A DNA stretch of 64,000 nucleotides. Origin: Paracoccaceae bacterium. GTDB lineage: Bacteria; Pseudomonadota; Alphaproteobacteria; Rhodobacterales; Rhodobacteraceae. A program made the translations under genes and the position numbers. The notes under the pieces are model-generated. The model was not told the DNA's origin. It ran no database searches and saw nothing but the letters and a program-made list of their open reading frames with translations. Each line of letters opens with the position of its first letter. Position 1 is the stretch's first letter. Shown piece after piece: positions 60,209 to 64,000 of this stretch. The DNA is taken from assembly GCA_046296515.1 (NCBI GenBank), contig JBKBKR010000001.1:630874-694873 (forward strand), given 5' to 3'.

Positions 60209-63119
60209 GCAGCTTCTCCCCCTTCGGGTCATGAAACACCGGGTCGGTGACGGAGCACAGGACATCCACGCCACGCAGCCGGTCCACCAGCCGCACCGTC
60301 TCGCCATGCCGCGCGCGGCCATTCTTCAGAAAGCCAAGCGCCAGATGGCTTTGCAGCACCGGCGAATAGCCGACCGAGGTGACATAGCCCGCCGCGTTCT
60401 CCCGCGTCAGATCTGCGCCTTGCGCAAACAGATGCGCCCCCGCCGTCAGCGCGGAGTCGGTCAACGGTGTCAGGCCGACCATCTGCTCGCGCGCTGGCCC
60501 GGTCATGCCTTCGCGCATGGCGGCGGCCTTGCCGATACAGTCCTTCTTGCCGCTCACCATCCGTTCCATGCCGATGTCAAAGGCGGTTGTGCGACCATGG
60601 ATCTCGGCATGGGTGATGAAGCCCTTCTCGATCCGCAGCACATTCAGGGCCTCCATCCCGTAAAGCCCGCCCCCCATGGTCTCGGCCCTTGCGGTCAGGT
60701 CACGGAACAGCGCCTCGCCATAGCGGGTGGGCACCGCCAGCTCATAGCCCTCCTCGCCGGAAAACGAGATCCGGAACAGCCGCCCTGCCACACCCTGCAC
60801 CGTGACGGGCGCGCAGCCCATGAAGGGCAGATCCGGCGCATGCCCCAAGGCGCTGGCGACCAGATCGCGCGCCAAAGGCCCGGCCACCGCAAACTGCGCC
60901 CATCCTTCCGTTACCGAGACAAACCGCACCTGCCACGTCGCGCAGAACGCCTGATGCACAAAGTCGAGATGCCGCATAACCAGCCCGGCGGCGGCCGTGG
61001 TGGTGGTCATCAGCCAGTGATCCTGTCCCAACCGCGCGCAGGTGCCGTCATCCAGCACATGCCCATCCTCGCGCAGCATCAGCCCATAGCGCACCTTTCC
61101 CACCGGCAGGGTGGAAAAGATATTGGTGTACACGAAATCAAGGAACCGCCCTACATCCGACCCCTGAATGTCGATCTTGCCGAGGGTGGACACATCGGTA
61201 ACCCCCACCGAACTGCGCACCATCGTCACCTCACGGTCACAGGCCTCGCGCCATGTCGCCTCCCCCGGCTTCGGGAAATAGCCTGGCCGATACCACAGCC
61301 CCGCCTCCACCATGGGTGCTGCGCGATCACGGCTGGCCTGATCGCTGGTCAGGAACCGCTGCGGCGCGAAGCCGGCCCCGCGCCCCCCGGCCCCCATCGC
61401 GGCGATCGACACCGGCGTATAGGGCGGGCGGAAGGTGGTGGCGCCGGTCTCGGCAATCCCGCGCCCCGTCGCATCGGCCAGCACCGCCAGCGCCGCCACG
61501 TTGGAGGTCTTGCCCTGATCCGGCGCCATCCCTTGCGTGGTATAGCGCTTCATATGCTCAACCGAGCGGAAGCCCTCCTGCGCGGCCAGCGCCACATCCT
61601 TCACCGTCACATCATTGGCAAAATCCAACCACGCCCGCCGCTTGCCCGGCACCGCCCAAAGCGGCGCAATCCGGTAGGGCGCGTCCTCGGCCTGCGGCAG
61701 ATCCACAGCTCCCGGATCGAACCCCAAAGCCGAAAGGCTGGCCCGCGCCGCCTCCGCCCCCGATGCCAGACAGCCATGGGTGGAAAACGAGCCACCCGCC
61801 GCCCCCGCCACCAGCATCCCCGGCACCGCACCCTCCACCGGCACAAAAGCCGCAAGCTCTTCCGACCAGCGCGGACGCCCGTTCAGATGACAGGTCAGGT
61901 GCAGCGCCGGGTTCCAGCCGCCCGAGACGCCCAGACAATCGGTTTCCAGCCGGAGCTCTCGCCCACCGGCACGCACCATGATCTCGCGCAGCCCCATCCG
62001 GCCCCGCGCCCGCACAACCTGCGCGCCCTTGTGCAGCGTGATCCCCGGCTCGTCCGGCGCATCCGCACGGCTGTCGATGATCGCCGCCACCTCCACCCCC
62101 GCCGCCATCAGACTGCGGGCCGCGCCGCGCAGGCTGTCATTGTTGCCGAACAGCACCACCCGCTTGCCAGGGCTCACGCCATAACGGTTCAGATATACCG
62201 GCAGCGCAGAGGCCAACATCACCCCCGGCCGGTCATTGTCCTCAAACGCGATCGAGCGTTCCAGCGCGCCCGCCGCCAGAACCGAGCGCCGGGCGACAAT
62301 GCGCCAGAAGCACTCGCGCGGCAGGTTTGGGCGGGGCTTGCGGTGCAGCCCCACCCGCTCCAGCGCGCCGTAAGTGCCGTCATCATAGGCCCCGGTCACG
62401 CTGGTCCGGCTCATCAACCGCACATTCGGAAGGCCCGCCAGTTCGGCCAGCACCCGTGCAACCCATTCCGCGGCAGGCCGATCGTCAATCACACCCTCAT
62501 CCGACAGCAACCGCCCGCCCGGCTCGGATGACTCGTCAGCCAGGATCACATCCGCCCCGGCGCGCCCTGCGGTCAAGGCCGCCATCAACCCCGCAGGCCC
62601 GGCCCCTATCACCAGCAGATCGCAATGCGCCCAGGCTTTCTCGTACACCCCCTCATCATGCCGCCCCGACAAACGGCCCAGCCCCGCCGCCCGGCGGATC
62701 AACGGCTCGTAGAGCCCCTCCCAGAACCGGCGCGGCCACATGAGGGTCTTGTAGTAGAACCCCGCCGACAGAAAGGGTGCCGCCAGATCATTCATCTCCA
62801 GAAGATCAAACCCCAGCGACGGCCAGCGGTTCTGGCTGCGCGCCTCCAGCCCCTCGAACAGCTCCTGCACCGTGGCGCGCGTGTTGGGCGTCTGGTTGGC
62901 GGGCCCGACAATCTCCACCAGCGCGTTGGGCTCCTCCGACCCGGCGGTCAGGATGCCGCGCGGGCGGTGATACTTGAAACTGCGCCCCACCACCCGCACA
63001 TCATTGGCGATCAGGGCCGAGGCCAGCGTGTCGCCCTTGTAGCCCGCGTAAGCACGCCCATCGAAGTGAAAGGTGACAGGCCGCGTCCGGTCGATCCGGC
63101 CCTTGCCGTCAATCCTCAT
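60201..63119 (-). CDS. soxA: sarcosine oxidase subunit alpha
   Basis: 972 aa. MRIDGKGRIDRTRPVTFHFDGRAYAGYKGDTLASALIANDVRVVGRSFKYHRPRGI, NAD-binding VIGAGPAG and a C-terminal GcvT-like folate domain. Confidence 0.95.
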   Translation of the reverse strand: MRIDGKGRIDRTRPVTFHFDGRAYAGYKGDTLASALIANDVRVVGRSFKYHRPRGILTAGSEEPNALVEIVGPANQTPNTRATVQELFEGLEARSQNRWPSLGFDLLEMNDLAAPFLSAGFYYKTLMWPRRFWEGLYEPLIRRAAGLGRLSGRHDEGVYEKAWAHCDLLVIGAGPAGLMAALTAGRAGADVILADESSEPGGRLLSDEGVIDDRPAAEWVARVLAELAGLPNVRLMSRTSVTGAYDDGTYGALERVGLHRKPRPNLPRECFWRIVARRSVLAAGALERSIAFEDNDRPGVMLASALPVYLNRYGVSPGKRVVLFGNNDSLRGAARSLMAAGVEVAAIIDSRADAPDEPGITLHKGAQVVRARGRMGLREIMVRAGGRELRLETDCLGVSGGWNPALHLTCHLNGRPRWSEELAAFVPVEGAVPGMLVAGAAGGSFSTHGCLASGAEAARASLSALGFDPGAVDLPQAEDAPYRIAPLWAVPGKRRAWLDFANDVTVKDVALAAQEGFRSVEHMKRYTTQGMAPDQGKTSNVAALAVLADATGRGIAETGATTFRPPYTPVSIAAMGAGGRGAGFAPQRFLTSDQASRDRAAPMVEAGLWYRPGYFPKPGEATWREACDREVTMVRSSVGVTDVSTLGKIDIQGSDVGRFLDFVYTNIFSTLPVGKVRYGLMLREDGHVLDDGTCARLGQDHWLMTTTTAAAGLVMRHLDFVHQAFCATWQVRFVSVTEGWAQFAVAGPLARDLVASALGHAPDLPFMGCAPVTVQGVAGRLFRISFSGEEGYELAVPTRYGEALFRDLTARAETMGGGLYGMEALNVLRIEKGFITHAEIHGRTTAFDIGMERMVSGKKDCIGKAAAMREGMTGPAREQMVGLTPLTDSALTAGAHLFAQGADLTRENAAGYVTSVGYSPVLQSHLALGFLKNGRARHGETVRLVDRLRGVDVLCSVTDPVFHDPKGEKLRA

Positions 63120-63394
63120 TCCACACCCCCCGAAGCACTCGTCCCGGCGACGCTTTCAACCAAGACAATCGCATGCGTCACCGTATTGCGGGTCACCTTC
63201 AGCCAGGAACAGCAGCCCTGCTCGTGATACCAAAGATCCTGCACCACCCCCGCCGGATTGTCGCGGTTGTGCAGATAGTCATTCCAGGCCTGTGGAGGCG
63301 CATCCGGCGCGGGCCGCTTCAGATACTCCGCCGCCCCGTAGTAATAGAACTCGCGCCGGTCGCGCGGGCCGCACAGCGGACAGGTCAGGCGCAT
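63116..63394 (-). CDS. soxD: sarcosine oxidase subunit delta
   Basis: MRLTCPLCGPRDRREFYYYGAAEYLKRP...WYHEQGCCSWL is the SoxD zinc-binding pattern. It overlaps the soxA start by 4 bp. Confidence 0.9.
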   Translation of the reverse strand: MRLTCPLCGPRDRREFYYYGAAEYLKRPAPDAPPQAWNDYLHNRDNPAGVVQDLWYHEQGCCSWLKVTRNTVTHAIVLVESVAGTSASGGVE

Positions 63395-63458
63395 GACGGG
63401 GTGTCCTTTGTGGCAGATGGCGAAAAGGGGCTCCGCCCCTCGGGCTGCGCCCTCACCC

Positions 63459-63524
63459 CGGAGTATTTGGGCCAATATGAAACACAACCGGATTTCATCT
63501 TGGCAAAAATACTCCCGCCGGAGG
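63459..63524. repeat. hairpin-forming copy of the dispersed repeat inside the sox operon
   Basis: GGAGTATTTGGGCCAATATGAAA-N10-TTTCATCTTGGCAAAAATACTCC followed by CGCCGGAGG. It lies in the 178-bp soxB-soxD spacer. Confidence 0.75.
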
Positions 63525-63572
63525 CATCCGACAGGTGTGGCAGGTGCGAGATTGGCAAAACCGGCTCCCTCC

Positions 63573-64000
63573 TCAATGCAGATTGTGCTGGCTGCCGGTG
63601 CCCTCTTCATCAAGAAGATGGCCGGTGGCAAAGCGGTTCAGGCGGAAGCGGGCGGCGATGGGGTGGCTCTCCCCCGTGGCCATCAGGTGGGCCATACACC
63701 AACCCGATGCGGGCACGGCCTTGAAGCCGCCGTAGTTCCAGCCCGCATCAACGAACAGCCCGTCCACCGGCGTGCGGTCGATGATCGGTGATCCATCCGG
63801 CGTCATGTCCATGATCCCGCCCCAGGACCGCAGCACCCGGGCGCGGCCGATCATCGGCATCAGCGTCATCCCCGCCTCCATCACATGCTCCACCATCGGC
63901 AGGTTGCCGCGCGCGGCGTAGCTGGCGTAAAAGTCGAGGTCGCCGCCGAACACAAGGCCCCCTTTGTCGGACTGGCTGATATAGAAATGCCCCATGCCGA
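63573..64000 (-). CDS. soxB: sarcosine oxidase subunit beta (5' part beyond window end)
   Basis: C-terminal sequence ...FVDAGWNYGGFKAVPASGWCMAHLMATGESHPIAARFRLNRFATGHLLDEEG. The frame stays open to the window edge. Confidence 0.88.
   Translation of the reverse strand, partial: GMGHFYISQSDKGGLVFGGDLDFYASYAARGNLPMVEHVMEAGMTLMPMIGRARVLRSWGGIMDMTPDGSPIIDRTPVDGLFVDAGWNYGGFKAVPASGWCMAHLMATGESHPIAARFRLNRFATGHLLDEEGTGSQHNLH

Overview
High-GC alphaproteobacterial chromosome. The gene content looks Rhodobacteraceae-like: ctrA-sciP, ALA-synthase hemA, ccmABCDG, soxBDAG, an orphan fliG and thyX. Most of the window is conserved housekeeping: a MoxR/VWA pair, moaA, recG-ligA, ctrA/sciP, mnmA, ispG-rodZ, hemA, purB, acnA, the ccm genes, ssb, arginase, an RND pump and sarcosine oxidase.

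The one clear accessory region is a ~12.0 kb island at the 3' end of tRNA-Cys(GCA), from attL 42919-42933 to attR 54896-54910.
- It encodes a P4-type integrase and a Prim-Pol/PriCT/AAA replicase.
- It carries a complete lambda-like packaging and head module: Nu1-like TerS, GpA-like TerL, portal, a fused prohead protease-major capsid protein, a gpW-like joining protein and a DUF2190 decoration protein.
- It has no tail, lysis or recognisable immunity genes.

I read the island as a capsid-forming phage satellite (cf-PICI-like). It carries a low-GC four-ORF cargo cassette wedged between terL and the portal gene.

Other points worth a second look:
- a TbpB-like surface lipoprotein translationally coupled to a Slam (TPR + DUF560-like barrel) translocon
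- an array of four back-to-back AT-rich palindromes with a TTTC-NNN-GAAA core, with a fifth copy elsewhere
- a dispersed REP/MITE-like intergenic repeat family, including one copy inside the sox operon
- near-consensus CtrA boxes at ctrA, sciP and fliG
- an FNR-type box upstream of hemA
- a large glycosyltransferase cluster with a duplicated alpha/beta-hydrolase-like module
- an Lrp regulator truncated to its HTH, next to the arginase gene

The ORF track accepts GTG/TTG starts and reports the longest ORFs, so several starts were trimmed here using RBS and homology logic. All functional calls come from reading motifs by eye. No database search was run.
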